Positions 19,908 through 32,266 of a DNA stretch of 64,000 nucleotides are shown piece after piece. The translations under genes and the position numbers were made by a program. The notes under the pieces are model-generated. The model saw only the letters and a list, made by a program, of their open reading frames with translations. It ran no database searches and was not told the origin of the DNA. Source of the stretch: Candidatus Krumholzibacteriia bacterium (GTDB lineage: Bacteria; Krumholzibacteriota; Krumholzibacteriia; JAJRXK01); assembly GCA_041484665.1 (NCBI GenBank), contig JBGPIA010000002.1:384001-448000 (forward strand), written 5' to 3'. The first letter of the stretch is position 1. Every line of letters begins with the position of its first letter.

Positions 19908-19983
19908 CGGAGCAAAGCGCCGTCAGAGGGCGAGCGCGGGAAGCAGCGGAAACGTCCGGAGTGGGGAGTTTGACCAGACCGGT

Positions 19984-20778
19984 CTAGCGCGCCAACCCGG
20001 CCGCCGCCGCGTACCAGCGCACGAGCTCGCGTCCGAGGAAGACCACGACGAACGCGGCCACCGACAGGAAGGTGCCGAAGGCCACCTTGGCCTGGCCGCC
20101 CCGGCGCAGCACCGCCGTCCCGTAGATGGCGCCCAGCAGCGCGCCCAGGAAGATCGTCAGCAGCGCGCCGGTGGCGCCCAGGAACGCGCCCACCGCGCCC
20201 ATGAGCTTCACGTCGCCGCCGCCCATCGCCTCGACCTTGCGCGCCTTCTCCCACACGAGCCCCACCACCAGCAGCAGCCCGCCTCCGACCACAGCGCCCA
20301 GCAACGCGCGCCAGAGCCCTGGCCCGCACAGCGGTGCCAGCAGCAGCCCGACGGCCAGCAGGCCGAGGCTGAGCGGATCGGGGATGATCATGTGCTCCCA
20401 GTCAATGAGCGCGATGGCGGTAAGGCAGCAGAGCAGCGTGAAGGCCGACGCTGCGTGCGCGGTGGCGCCAAAGCGCAGCACGCACAAGACGGCCAGCGCG
20501 GCCGTGAAGGCCTCCACCAGAGGATAGCGCAAGGAGATCGGCGCACGGCAGCGGCGGCACCGCCCGCGCAGCAGGAGCCACGACACCACGGGCAGGTTGT
20601 CCCATGGCGCGATGCGCGCCTGGCAGGAGGGACAGCGGCTGGGCGGCGTCACCACCGACTGGCGGCGGGGCAGCCGGAAGACAACGACGTTGAGAAAGCT
20701 GCCGATGCACGCCCCGAAGCAGGCCGCCCACGCCGCCATCAGCCACGGGTGGGACGGCAGCGAATCAAGTCCCGGCAT
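19984..20778 (-). CDS. pilD: Prepilin peptidase / N-methyltransferase
   Basis: Motifs GSFLNVV..RLP, S.CP.C...I..WDNLP..SW..LRG.CR.C, ID.EH.IIPD, MGGGDVKL and FG.FL. Confidence 0.95.
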   Translation of the reverse strand: MPGLDSLPSHPWLMAAWAACFGACIGSFLNVVVFRLPRRQSVVTPPSRCPSCQARIAPWDNLPVVSWLLLRGRCRRCRAPISLRYPLVEAFTAALAVLCVLRFGATAHAASAFTLLCCLTAIALIDWEHMIIPDPLSLGLLAVGLLLAPLCGPGLWRALLGAVVGGGLLLVVGLVWEKARKVEAMGGGDVKLMGAVGAFLGATGALLTIFLGALLGAIYGTAVLRRGGQAKVAFGTFLSVAAFVVVFLGRELVRWYAAAAGLAR

Positions 20779-21511
20779 CGCGAGTCGTCCTCGTGATGGC
20801 GCGCTTGCGCTTGGCCCACTCCGGCACGGGCGCGTCTCCACGGATGGTCGCCTGCAGCTGCGCCACGTAGTCGAGGGCTCGCTGCCGCAGGCTCTCGTTC
20901 TGGGTCGTCTCCGCGATCGCCTGCCAGAGCAAGAGGCTCACCTGCAGATCGCCAGCGCGGCCGGCTACGAACGCGGCGAAGCGCCTGGGGAAGTCCGGCG
21001 CACCGGGCACCTGGGCCGCGCGCTCGAACCACACGCAGGCCGCCGCGTCGTCCATGCGCACGACGTACTCCACGAACCCGGCTTCGAAGGGCAGCCACCA
21101 GCTGCGCGGGTTGCGCGACATGCCCTCCTGCAAGAGCGCGATCGCTTGGTCGGGGCGCTGCATGTCCTCGGCCAGCACCATGCCGGCGAAGCGGTACGCC
21201 TCCTCGAAGTGGGGATCGAGTGCGATCACGCAGTCCACCATGTGGCGGAAGAACTCGAGGCCGTGCTGCCGCAGGCGCCACTCGCCGTAGTACTGCATGG
21301 TCTGGAACCACAACACGTCGGCGACGACGTCGTCGTATCCGATCGAGACGTGTTTCAGGAACTCGGGGCTGGGCAGACTGATGGCCCCCTGCACGCGCCC
21401 CTTGGGCTTGGCGTCCGCCGCCACCCGCCCAGCGAGCATCGCCGAGCCGGCCAGAACGCCCAGCGCGAGCAGTCGAGCGGACAGCCGGCGAAGTTCCGCC
21501 CCGCGGCTCAC
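20765..21511 (-). CDS. TPR-like pilus accessory protein (PilG/XapA-like)
   Basis: G....ADVLW...QYYG, LDP.F...Y.F.G..LA and A..LL..G....P..W.LPF..GF. Sits in the pilA-ABC-pilD block. GTG start overlaps the permease stop. Confidence 0.65.
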   Translation of the reverse strand: MSRGAELRRLSARLLALGVLAGSAMLAGRVAADAKPKGRVQGAISLPSPEFLKHVSIGYDDVVADVLWFQTMQYYGEWRLRQHGLEFFRHMVDCVIALDPHFEEAYRFAGMVLAEDMQRPDQAIALLQEGMSRNPRSWWLPFEAGFVEYVVRMDDAAACVWFERAAQVPGAPDFPRRFAAFVAGRAGDLQVSLLLWQAIAETTQNESLRQRALDYVAQLQATIRGDAPVPEWAKRKRAITRTTRDAGT

Positions 21512-22272
21512 CGGAACTCCCTGCGCCGGAACAGGATCGCCGCCAGCCCGAGCAGCGAGGCCGAGTAGAGCGCCCCGTACAGCAGGCTCCACAGGACGTG
21601 GAGCGCCTCCACCGGGAGTCCGTGGACGGCCGCGTTGCGGATATTGAACAACTCCAGGTCGGGCAGCAACCGGCGCAGGACCAGCGCCCCGCGCTCCACG
21701 CCACCGTTGCCCGTCGCGCCGGCGAAGGTCTCCAGGTCGCGCAGCGTGTGCCCGGCGATGAACACGCCCAGGGTAAACAGGCTGGTGAGCAGGGACCCGG
21801 TGAAGCTGCTGAAGAACATGGCGACGGAAGTCACCACGACCATCTCGGCCATGGAGAGCAGGATCGAGACGAGGAAGGCGGACCGAAACGGCGTGCGCGT
21901 GAGGAGCACGGCCACCAGGAAAAGCGCCGTCATGGCACCCATCATCACGGCGATCGTCCAGAGCAGCCCCAGCGACTTCCCGATCAGGAACTCCAGGCGG
22001 GAGATCGGCTTGCTCAGGATGGTCGTGATCGTGCGCTTGTCGATCTCCTTGTGCACCATTCCGCTGCCCACCAGCAGGATGACGATGAGCGAGAACGCCG
22101 TCATCGCCCCCAGGCCGATGTCGGCGACGATCTTGGTCTGCGCCCCGATGGTGAGTGGGCTCATGACGACCGTGCTGAGCAGCAGCACCAGCCCGAACAC
22201 GCCCACCAGGCTGAAGACCTTGTCGCGAACCGCTTCGCGGAACGTGCTGCGCGCGATGACCAGAATGCTCAA
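21508..22272 (-). CDS. ABC-2 type permease (PilI-like)
   Basis: IA..TFREAVRDK, EIDKRTI.T.LSKPISR.EF..GK and about 6 TM segments. TTG start overlaps the ATPase stop. Confidence 0.85.
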   Translation of the reverse strand: MSILVIARSTFREAVRDKVFSLVGVFGLVLLLSTVVMSPLTIGAQTKIVADIGLGAMTAFSLIVILLVGSGMVHKEIDKRTITTILSKPISRLEFLIGKSLGLLWTIAVMMGAMTALFLVAVLLTRTPFRSAFLVSILLSMAEMVVVTSVAMFFSSFTGSLLTSLFTLGVFIAGHTLRDLETFAGATGNGGVERGALVLRRLLPDLELFNIRNAAVHGLPVEALHVLWSLLYGALYSASLLGLAAILFRRREFR

Positions 22273-23324
22273 GAGATCACCTTTTCCTGCCGGCCGGCGT
22301 TGCGGACTTCCTGCTCGGGTCGGGCGGTGCCCACCCGTGGCGTGATGGCCGGCGCGGTGGGGCCCGTCACCGGTCGCGCCGGGGCGGGGCTCTGGCTGGC
22401 GCGCGCCGCGGCGTAGGCCTCCGCCAGGAAGATCTCCTCGAGGGTCTGACGCTGCGGGACGACGCCCAACAGCTGGCCACCTCCGGTACGGACCGCGGCG
22501 AGGACCAGGGAGAGCTGCGTCTCCTCCTCGAGCTCGATGCGCACCACGTAGCCGTCGCGGTACACGGTGAACCCGCGCGCAGCCAGCGCGGCCATGGCGT
22601 CCCCCTGCAGGCCGCGGCACTGGACCTCCAGCTTGCGCGCCGCGGCGGGCAGCTCCTGCAGGCGAACGATGCGCCGCAGATTGCCGCCGCTGAGGATCGC
22701 AGCGCGATCGGCGATGGCCTCCACGTCGTAGAGGATGTGGCTGCTCATGAACAGAGTCTTTCCGCGCTGCTTGAGCTCGCCCAGGATGGTGCGGATCTGA
22801 TGGCGGCCCACGGGGTCGAGGCCGCTCATGGGCTCGTCGAGGATCAGCAGGTCGGGATCGTTGATCAAGGCCTGCGCCAGGCCGATGCGCTGCAGCATCC
22901 CCTTGGAGTAGGTGCGCAGTCGCTGGCCGGCAGCGTCGGTCATCCCCACCAGCGCGAGCACCTCGTCCATGCGCGCGCCCACCTGGGGCCGGGGCAGCCG
23001 GTGCAGGTCGGCCGCGAGCTGCAGCAGCTCGCGCCCGGACAGATGGTCGTAGAAGTACGGGTTCTCGGGCAGGTAGCCCACGCGGCGCAGCGCAGCGCGG
23101 TTGCCCGCCGGCGCGCCAAACATGCGGACCTCACCGGAATCGATACGCACCAGACCCAGCAGCGCCTTGATCGTGGTGCTTTTTCCGGCGCCGTTGTGCC
23201 CCAGGCAGGCGAAGGTCTCACCGGCCTCGACCTCGAAGTTGATCCCGTCGAGGGCGACCTTGCGGCGCATGGCGAAGCCGCTGCGGTAGCTCTTGCAGAC
23301 GTCGTGTAGGGCGCAGACGACCAA
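22269..23324 (-). CDS. ABC transporter ATP-binding protein (PilH-like)
   Basis: Motifs GHNGAGKST, GYLPENPYFY, YSKGMLQR, LILDEP.SGLDP and SSH. Confidence 0.9.
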   Translation of the reverse strand: MVVCALHDVCKSYRSGFAMRRKVALDGINFEVEAGETFACLGHNGAGKSTTIKALLGLVRIDSGEVRMFGAPAGNRAALRRVGYLPENPYFYDHLSGRELLQLAADLHRLPRPQVGARMDEVLALVGMTDAAGQRLRTYSKGMLQRIGLAQALINDPDLLILDEPMSGLDPVGRHQIRTILGELKQRGKTLFMSSHILYDVEAIADRAAILSGGNLRRIVRLQELPAAARKLEVQCRGLQGDAMAALAARGFTVYRDGYVVRIELEEETQLSLVLAAVRTGGGQLLGVVPQRQTLEEIFLAEAYAAARASQSPAPARPVTGPTAPAITPRVGTARPEQEVRNAGRQEKVIS

Positions 23325-23419
23325 GGCCCCCCCTCCTGGCTGGATTCCAGCCACCACTGCGCGCGGGCCGACGGCGATTGCTGCAGTTCTGGAGATCCGC
23401 GCGGGCGCGCCGGGGAAGC

Positions 23420-23436
23420 TGCAGAATCGGTGCCAG
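23420..23436 (-). promoter_or_regulatory. sigma54 promoter upstream of the pilH-I-G-D block
   Basis: CTGGCACCGATTCTGCA: TGGCAC, GG-N10-GC. Confidence 0.75.
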
Positions 23437-23497
23437 CGCAGTCGCCGGCGGTTGCGGCGACCAAGGCCGGGTTGCCCGCTCCCTGTGGGCAAACGCA

Positions 23498-23526
23498 GGG
23501 GCCGCGCGGACGTCCCGCGCGGCCCC
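23498..23526 (-). terminator. Hairpin after pilA, probable terminator
   Basis: Perfect 12-bp stem (GGGGCCGCGCGG / CCGCGCGGCCCC) with a 5-nt loop, followed on the minus strand by TGCGTTT. Confidence 0.65.
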
Positions 23527-23562
23527 CATCTCCGCTCGAATCGGCGGATGCTCAGGCGGCGA

Positions 23563-23973
23563 TTACTGGCCGCTGGTCAGCGTGATCACGAGCGCGGTCT
23601 TGCCGAAACCCGTGATGGTGTAGCCGACGTTGACACCGTTCTGCTGGATCGGCACGTAGCCGCTCTCCCCGGGGTTTCCGGCAGCAGCGTCGACGGGCTC
23701 GGTCGCAGCCTTGGTGAAGGGGTTGGTCAGCAGCACCTGGCCCGGCAGCGCAGGCGTGAAGCCTGCGACGTTGGCCGAGTAGACGCCGTCGTTGGTCACG
23801 CTGAAGTCTTCAGCCGCCAGCTGGGCGGTATGGCAGTTGGACTTCACCGACGCCTCCTTGGCGCGGTCCTGCATGCTGATGAAGTTCGGGATCGCGATGG
23901 CGGCGAGAATGCCGATGATCACGACGACGATCATGAGCTCGATCAGCGTGAAACCCTTGGTGTTCCTCAACAC
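23563..23973 (-). CDS. pilA: Type IVa major pilin
   Basis: Class III signal KG|FTLIELMIVVVIIGILAAIAIPNF. GTG 23973 follows a strong GAGGAGG RBS. Has its own promoter and terminator. Confidence 0.93.
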   Translation of the reverse strand: MLRNTKGFTLIELMIVVVIIGILAAIAIPNFISMQDRAKEASVKSNCHTAQLAAEDFSVTNDGVYSANVAGFTPALPGQVLLTNPFTKAATEPVDAAAGNPGESGYVPIQQNGVNVGYTITGFGKTALVITLTSGQ

Positions 23974-24057
23974 GATGATGGCCTCCTCGTTTGAACCAGA
24001 CCGACTCCGCGGGTGCAGGGCCGGAGGTCGTGGGTGACTTGCGGTGGTGAGCGGGAG

Positions 24058-24074
24058 AGCAGGGGCCGTGCCAG
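24058..24074 (-). promoter_or_regulatory. sigma54 promoter of pilA
   Basis: CTGGCACGGCCCCTGCT: TGGCACG, GG-N10-GC. Directly downstream of pilR. Confidence 0.85.
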
Positions 24075-24180
24075 GGGGGATCGTTTTTCCCACTACCAGG
24101 ATCTGATTGTCTGACAGGCGTTTAGGAGCGCGAACCGGCGCAGGGCGCCCCACGGGGGGTGGCCGCAGGCTAGCCGGCGT

Positions 24181-24191
24181 TGCAGGGTGCG
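24181..24191. promoter_or_regulatory. Candidate enhancer (PilR) site upstream of the pilA promoter
   Basis: TGCA-GGG-TGCG, 109 bp upstream of the -24 GG. Confidence 0.4.
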
Positions 24192-24244
24192 CGGCGAAAC
24201 GCTCATTCTGCTGCGCCGTCCCCACCTCCCCACGCCCGCACCGA

Positions 24245-25684
<1,440 letters not shown>

Positions 25685-25707
25685 CGTGGTCGGTCCTTTC
25701 CCGGCTG

Positions 25708-27417
<1,710 letters not shown>

Positions 27418-27495
27418 GTTGCGGTTCCCCCCAGAGCGGCGGGCGCGGCGCAAAGCACCGGCACCGGTCGCGCCGTCCTCGTCGTGGTGCCGGGC

Positions 27496-28707
27496 TCAGC
27501 CCCCCAGCACGTTCGCCAGCTTGAACATTGGCAGATACATCGCCACCAGCATCCCGCCGACCAGGATGCCCATTAGCACGATCATGACGGGCTCGATCAC
27601 GGCCGTGAGCTGCTCCACGGCGGTGTCGACCTCCGAATCGTAGAAGTCGGCGATCTTCTGGAGCATTTCGTCCAAGGCGCCGGTCTGCTCGCCGACCGCG
27701 ATCATCTGCACCACCATGGGCGGGAAGACGTCGCACTGGCGCAGCGGCTCGCTAATCGTTTGGCCCTGGCTGATGGAGTTGCGCGTGGAGGCGATCGCCT
27801 CCTGGATGATGACGTTGCCCGCAGTCCGCGACGTGATGTCCAGACCCTGCAGGATCGGGACGCCGGAGCCCACCAAGGTACCCAGGGTGCGCGTGAAGCG
27901 CGCGACGGCACTCTTGCGCAGCACGTTCCCCAGCACGGGGATGCGCAGGCTCAGCGCGTCGATCCGCCGCCGCCCGCGTGGCGACTTGTAGAAGGCGCGG
28001 AAGGCCACTGCCCCCCCGATGATCGCGAGCCCCAGCACCCACCAACAGCGGCGCAGGAAGATGCTGATCCCCATCACGATGCGCGTCGGCATGGGCAACG
28101 TCCCGCCGAAATCGGAGAACATCTTGGCGAACACCGGAATCACGAACATCAGCATGAAGGTCGTGGCGCCGAGGGCTACCAACGCCACGATCGTCGGGTA
28201 GGTCATGGCGCTCTTGACCTTGCGCTGCAGCGCGTCGGCCTTCTCCAGGTAGGTGGCCAGACGGGCAAAGATCACGTCGAGGATACCGCCCGTCTCCCCC
28301 GCATCCACCATGTTGACGTAGAGATCGCTGAAGACGGTCTTATGCCGGCCCAGGCCGCCGGCCAGGGTGTTGCCGCCCTCGACGTCCAGCATCACGGCGG
28401 TGATGGCCTTGCGGAAGTGCTCGTTCTCGGTCTGCTTGCTCAGGATGTCCAGGCACTGCACCAGGGGCAGCCCGGCATTGACCATGGTAGCAAACTGCCG
28501 GGTGAAGACCGACAGATCGCGCACCTTCACGCCGCGCTTGATGGGCAGCGCGAAACTGATGTCCTTGGCCTTCTCGCGCACCGTGCCGACCAGGATCTTC
28601 CGCTTGCGCAGGTAGTTGACCACGTCCTGCTTGTCGTCGGCCTCGTACTCGCCGCTCAAGGCCTCGCCCTGGGGGGTGCGTCCCTTCCAGACAAACGTCG
28701 TCGCCAC
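27496..28707 (-). CDS. pilC: Type IV pilus platform protein PilC
   Basis: Motifs FTRQFATM..AGLPL, GE.GG.LD, A..YP, GE.TG.LDEML and EP......G. GTG 28707 follows GGAGGT. Confidence 0.95.
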   Translation of the reverse strand: MATTFVWKGRTPQGEALSGEYEADDKQDVVNYLRKRKILVGTVREKAKDISFALPIKRGVKVRDLSVFTRQFATMVNAGLPLVQCLDILSKQTENEHFRKAITAVMLDVEGGNTLAGGLGRHKTVFSDLYVNMVDAGETGGILDVIFARLATYLEKADALQRKVKSAMTYPTIVALVALGATTFMLMFVIPVFAKMFSDFGGTLPMPTRIVMGISIFLRRCWWVLGLAIIGGAVAFRAFYKSPRGRRRIDALSLRIPVLGNVLRKSAVARFTRTLGTLVGSGVPILQGLDITSRTAGNVIIQEAIASTRNSISQGQTISEPLRQCDVFPPMVVQMIAVGEQTGALDEMLQKIADFYDSEVDTAVEQLTAVIEPVMIVLMGILVGGMLVAMYLPMFKLANVLGG

Positions 28708-28725
28708 GTGCATACCTCCGGAGGT

Positions 28726-29796
28726 CTAGACCTCGACAGCTTCGCCGATCATCTTCAGCAGTTCTTGATGGTCGCTGCTGCGGTTGAGCGCCTCTTCGTA
28801 GCCGATGAGCCGGTTGACGTAGGCTTGATAGAGTGCCTGGTTCATGGTCTGCATGCCGTGCTTCTGGCCGGCCTGCATCACGCCGTAGATTTGATGGACC
28901 TTGTTGTCACGGATCAGTGCCTTGATGGCCGGCGTGCAGACCATTACCTCGGCGCACATCACCCGCCCCTTGCCCTTGGAGCGCGGGACGAGCTGCTGGG
29001 TCATGACCCCCTCCAGCACGAAGGCGAGCTGAGCTCGCACCTGTGTCTGCTGGCTGGCCGGGAACACGTCCACGATGCGGTTGATCGACTCGAAGGTGTT
29101 GTTGGTGTGCAGCGTGGCCAGGCACAAGTGCCCCGTCTCGGCGATGGTCAAGGCGGCGGCCATCGTCTCGTAGTCGCGCATCTCACCCACCAAGATCACG
29201 TCCGGGTCCTGGCGCAGCACGTACTTCAGGGCGTTCCCGAAGGTGTCGGTGTCGCTCTTGATCTCGCGCTGGTTGACGATGCTCTTCTTGTGGTGGTGCA
29301 CGTACTCGATGGGGTCCTCGATGGTGATGACGTGGCAGCTGCGCGTGGTGTTGATGTGGTCGACGACGCTGGCCAGGGTCGTGGACTTGCCCGAGCCCGT
29401 GGGCCCGGTCACCAGCACCAGGCCGCGGGGCAGATCGGCAAAGCGCCGCACCACCGTCGGCAGCCCCAGCTGGTCGAAGGTCAGGATCTGGTACGGGATC
29501 TGGCGCACGGCCATCGACGTCACTCCACGCTGCAGGAAGACGTTGGCGCGGAAGCGGCTGACCCCCTGTACGCCGAAAGACAGATCCAGCTCCTTGGTGT
29601 TCTCGAAGGTCTTCTTCTGCTCGTCGTTGAGGACCGAGTAGGCAAGCGCCCGCGTGTCGTCGGGGCTGAGCATCTCGAAGTTGCTGCTCTCGATCCGCCC
29701 GTCGACGCGGAACATCGGCGGCAGGCCAGCCGTCAGGTGCAGGTCGCTGGCCCCGCGCTTGACCATCTCCTCCAGGAGCTCGCGCAGACTGATCAT
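28726..29796 (-). CDS. pilT: Twitching-motility retraction ATPase PilT
   Basis: Motifs GASDLHL, GPTGSGKSTT, TIEDPIE, LRQDPD, AETGHL..TLHT, AIKALIR and GMQT. Confidence 0.95.
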   Translation of the reverse strand: MISLRELLEEMVKRGASDLHLTAGLPPMFRVDGRIESSNFEMLSPDDTRALAYSVLNDEQKKTFENTKELDLSFGVQGVSRFRANVFLQRGVTSMAVRQIPYQILTFDQLGLPTVVRRFADLPRGLVLVTGPTGSGKSTTLASVVDHINTTRSCHVITIEDPIEYVHHHKKSIVNQREIKSDTDTFGNALKYVLRQDPDVILVGEMRDYETMAAALTIAETGHLCLATLHTNNTFESINRIVDVFPASQQTQVRAQLAFVLEGVMTQQLVPRSKGKGRVMCAEVMVCTPAIKALIRDNKVHQIYGVMQAGQKHGMQTMNQALYQAYVNRLIGYEEALNRSSDHQELLKMIGEAVEV

Positions 29797-29808
29797 CGTT
29801 TCTCCTGC

Positions 29809-31488
29809 TTAGACGTTGTCTGCGGTCTCGCGCAGCACTTCTTCGATCGTGGTGATACCGCGCTCGATGTTGCGGATGCCGTCCATGCGTAGCGTCAGCA
29901 TCCCGTCCTCGAGGGAGCCCTGGCGGATCTCGGTCGTGTTGCCGCGGTCGAGGATGATCTCGCGGATCCTCGGGGTGATGGGCATCACCTCGTAGAGGCC
30001 CTGGCGCCCCTTGTAGCCCGTGCCGCCGCACTCGCCGCAGCCGCGCCCCTCGCAGACGCCGGCTGCCGGATCGATCTGCAACTCGGCGAGCACCTCGGGG
30101 GGCACGTCCACGCGGGTCTTGCACTCGGTGCAGATCCGGCGCACCAGGCGTTGCGCCATGATCAAGTTGGTGGAGGTCGCCACCAGGAATGGCTCGATAC
30201 CCATGTCGATCATGCGGTTGATCGTGGACGGGGCATCGTTGGTGTGCAGCGTGGAGAGCACCAGGTGCCCGGTGAGAGCGGCCTTGGTGGCGATGGAGCC
30301 GGTCTCCAGATCACGGATCTCTCCCACCATGACGATGTTGGGATCCTGGCGCAGGAAGGCCTTCAGCGCCGCCGCGAACGACAGCCCCACCTCGTCCCGC
30401 ACCTGCACCTGATTGATCCCGTCGAGGTTGTACTCGACGGGGTCTTCGGCGGTCATGATGTTCACCTCGGCCGTGTTCAGGCGATGCAGGCACGAGTACA
30501 GGGTCGTCGTCTTCCCGGATCCGGTGGGCCCGGTCACCAGCACCATCCCGTACGGCGAGGCGATGGCCTTCAATACGTTCTTGATGGCCTTCGCCTCCAT
30601 CCCGAACCCCTCCAGGTCGAAGTGGAGGTTGCCCTTGTCCAGGATTCGCATCACGACCTTCTCTCCATAGATGCACGGCAGAGTCGAGACGCGCAGGTCG
30701 ACCTTCTTGTCGCCGAGCTTGATCTTGATGCGCCCATCCTGGGGGATGCGCCGCTCGGCGATATCGAGCTCGGACATGATCTTCAGGCGCGAGATGATCG
30801 CCGCCTTCATCTTGAACGGCGGGGTCATCATCTCCTGCAGGACCCCGTCGATGCGGTAGCGCACCCGGATGCTCTTCTCGTAGCACTCGACGTGGATGTC
30901 GCTGGCGCCGCGCTTGACCGCATCGGTGATCAGCGAGTTCACCAGCTTGACGACGGGCGCGTTCTGGCTCTCCGCCGACAGCGCCCCGACGTCCTCTTCC
31001 TCGGTCGACTCGACGATCTCGATGTCCTCCTCGAGACCCTCGAGCACCTGCTTGAGGCTGTCGGCCGAGTCGTAGTAGCGATCGATGGCGTGCTTGATGT
31101 CGGCTTCGGTGCACACCACCGGCTGCACCTCGAGGCCGGTGATGAACTTGATGTCGTCGATGGCGAAGATGTTCGCGGGATTCGCCATCGCCACGGTCAG
31201 GATGCGTCCCTGGCGGCGCAGGGGAATCACCTGGAAGCGCGTGGCGACGTCGGCTGGGATCAGCGACGTGACCTCCGGCTCCACGTCCGTGTCGCTCAGG
31301 CGGACGACGGGCAGGTTGTACATCCGGCCCAGGAAGTCGGCGTAGGCCGCCTCGGACATCGCCCCCGTCTTCACGAGGTTGATGCCCAGCGAGCCGCCCT
31401 CCTTCTTCTGGAGCTCGAGAGCCTTCTGCAACTGCTCCTGGTTGACCAGATTGGCCTCCAGGAGCTTGCCGGCGATCTTGTCCTTCAA
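29809..31488 (-). CDS. pilB: Type IV pilus assembly ATPase PilB
   Basis: MshEN-like N-terminus, ASDIH, ERRIPQDGR, GPTGSGKTT, LRQDP and tetra-Cys Zn motif. Confidence 0.95.
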   Translation of the reverse strand: MKDKIAGKLLEANLVNQEQLQKALELQKKEGGSLGINLVKTGAMSEAAYADFLGRMYNLPVVRLSDTDVEPEVTSLIPADVATRFQVIPLRRQGRILTVAMANPANIFAIDDIKFITGLEVQPVVCTEADIKHAIDRYYDSADSLKQVLEGLEEDIEIVESTEEEDVGALSAESQNAPVVKLVNSLITDAVKRGASDIHVECYEKSIRVRYRIDGVLQEMMTPPFKMKAAIISRLKIMSELDIAERRIPQDGRIKIKLGDKKVDLRVSTLPCIYGEKVVMRILDKGNLHFDLEGFGMEAKAIKNVLKAIASPYGMVLVTGPTGSGKTTTLYSCLHRLNTAEVNIMTAEDPVEYNLDGINQVQVRDEVGLSFAAALKAFLRQDPNIVMVGEIRDLETGSIATKAALTGHLVLSTLHTNDAPSTINRMIDMGIEPFLVATSTNLIMAQRLVRRICTECKTRVDVPPEVLAELQIDPAAGVCEGRGCGECGGTGYKGRQGLYEVMPITPRIREIILDRGNTTEIRQGSLEDGMLTLRMDGIRNIERGITTIEEVLRETADNV

Positions 31489-31560
31489 AGCGTACCCCTA
31501 GCGCGGAGAGCTTGCAGAGCGAGCGATCGTAGGGGGGATTGCACGGCGCCCGTGGCAGGC

Positions 31561-31577
31561 TGCAATTTGTATGCCCC
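31561..31577 (-). promoter_or_regulatory. sigma54 promoter upstream of pilB
   Basis: GGGGCATACAAATTGCA: GGCA, GG-N10-GC and TTGCA, in an AT-rich patch. Confidence 0.7.
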
Positions 31578-31682
31578 CCTCCGCGCGCGCTCCCTCTCGC
31601 GGCGCGCGTCCACAGTCCGTTGCAAACGAACGCGGTTGGGATCCCCCCCGGCCGCGTCCGCCAGCCCCGCCCGCCCTGCCGC

Positions 31683-31693
31683 TGCAACTTGCA
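31683..31693. promoter_or_regulatory. Candidate enhancer (PilR) site upstream of the pilB promoter
   Basis: TGCA-ACT-TGCA, 108 bp upstream of the -24 GG. Confidence 0.45.
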
Positions 31694-31717
31694 AGCGGCA
31701 CGCCCGTAGCGTGCTCC

Positions 31718-32152
31718 TCAGCGGAAATCCAGCAGCGGGGCCAGGCGCGCCAACGTCGAAGCCCCAATCCCCTTCACGCGCCGCAGGTCCTGCGGCGACG
31801 TGAACCCGCCAAGGCTGTCTCGCATCGCCACGATGCGCGCGGCCAGCGTGGGGCCGATGCGCGGCAGCCGCTCGAGGTCGCGAGCCGTCGCCCGATTGAT
31901 GGCCAGCCGTGCCTGCGCCGTGATCGGCGGCAGGTCGGCAACCGTTTCCCCCTGGAGGGTGTCGCCCTCTGCCGCACGGAACTTGAGCGAATCCTCGGAA
32001 GCGTTACTCCCCAGGCCGAAGGGATGGACGATGGGGTCCTGGCGCAGCCAGGCCGGCGGCCGGGAGGCCAGCCGGTCTCCCGCCCAGCCAAGCCCGCAGA
32101 GGAGCAGCAACACGACCGCGCGGCGCACGGCCGTAGCGAACATTTCGCGCAT
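31718..32152 (-). CDS. comEA: ComEA-family helix-hairpin-helix DNA-binding protein
   Basis: N-terminal hydrophobic segment, then IN.A...DL..LPRIGP.LA.RIV..R...G.F.S..DL..V.GIG. Confidence 0.85.
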   Translation of the reverse strand: MREMFATAVRRAVVLLLLCGLGWAGDRLASRPPAWLRQDPIVHPFGLGSNASEDSLKFRAAEGDTLQGETVADLPPITAQARLAINRATARDLERLPRIGPTLAARIVAMRDSLGGFTSPQDLRRVKGIGASTLARLAPLLDFR

Positions 32153-32266
32153 GGCAGCCTGGAGGCGAGCGGGTGGGAGGCCCGGTGGTTCAGGTCGAAG
32201 GGCCGGCCACGCGTTCCTGCGCGATGGCCGGTACAGCCGGCTCGATCGACGAGCGGCGCCAGAGGC

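Noticed and set aside
23563..23973. Electrically conductive (e-pilus) pilin
   Set aside because: The mature pilin is about 130 aa, with sparse aromatic residues and Met at position 27. It does not look like a short Geobacter-type e-pilin.
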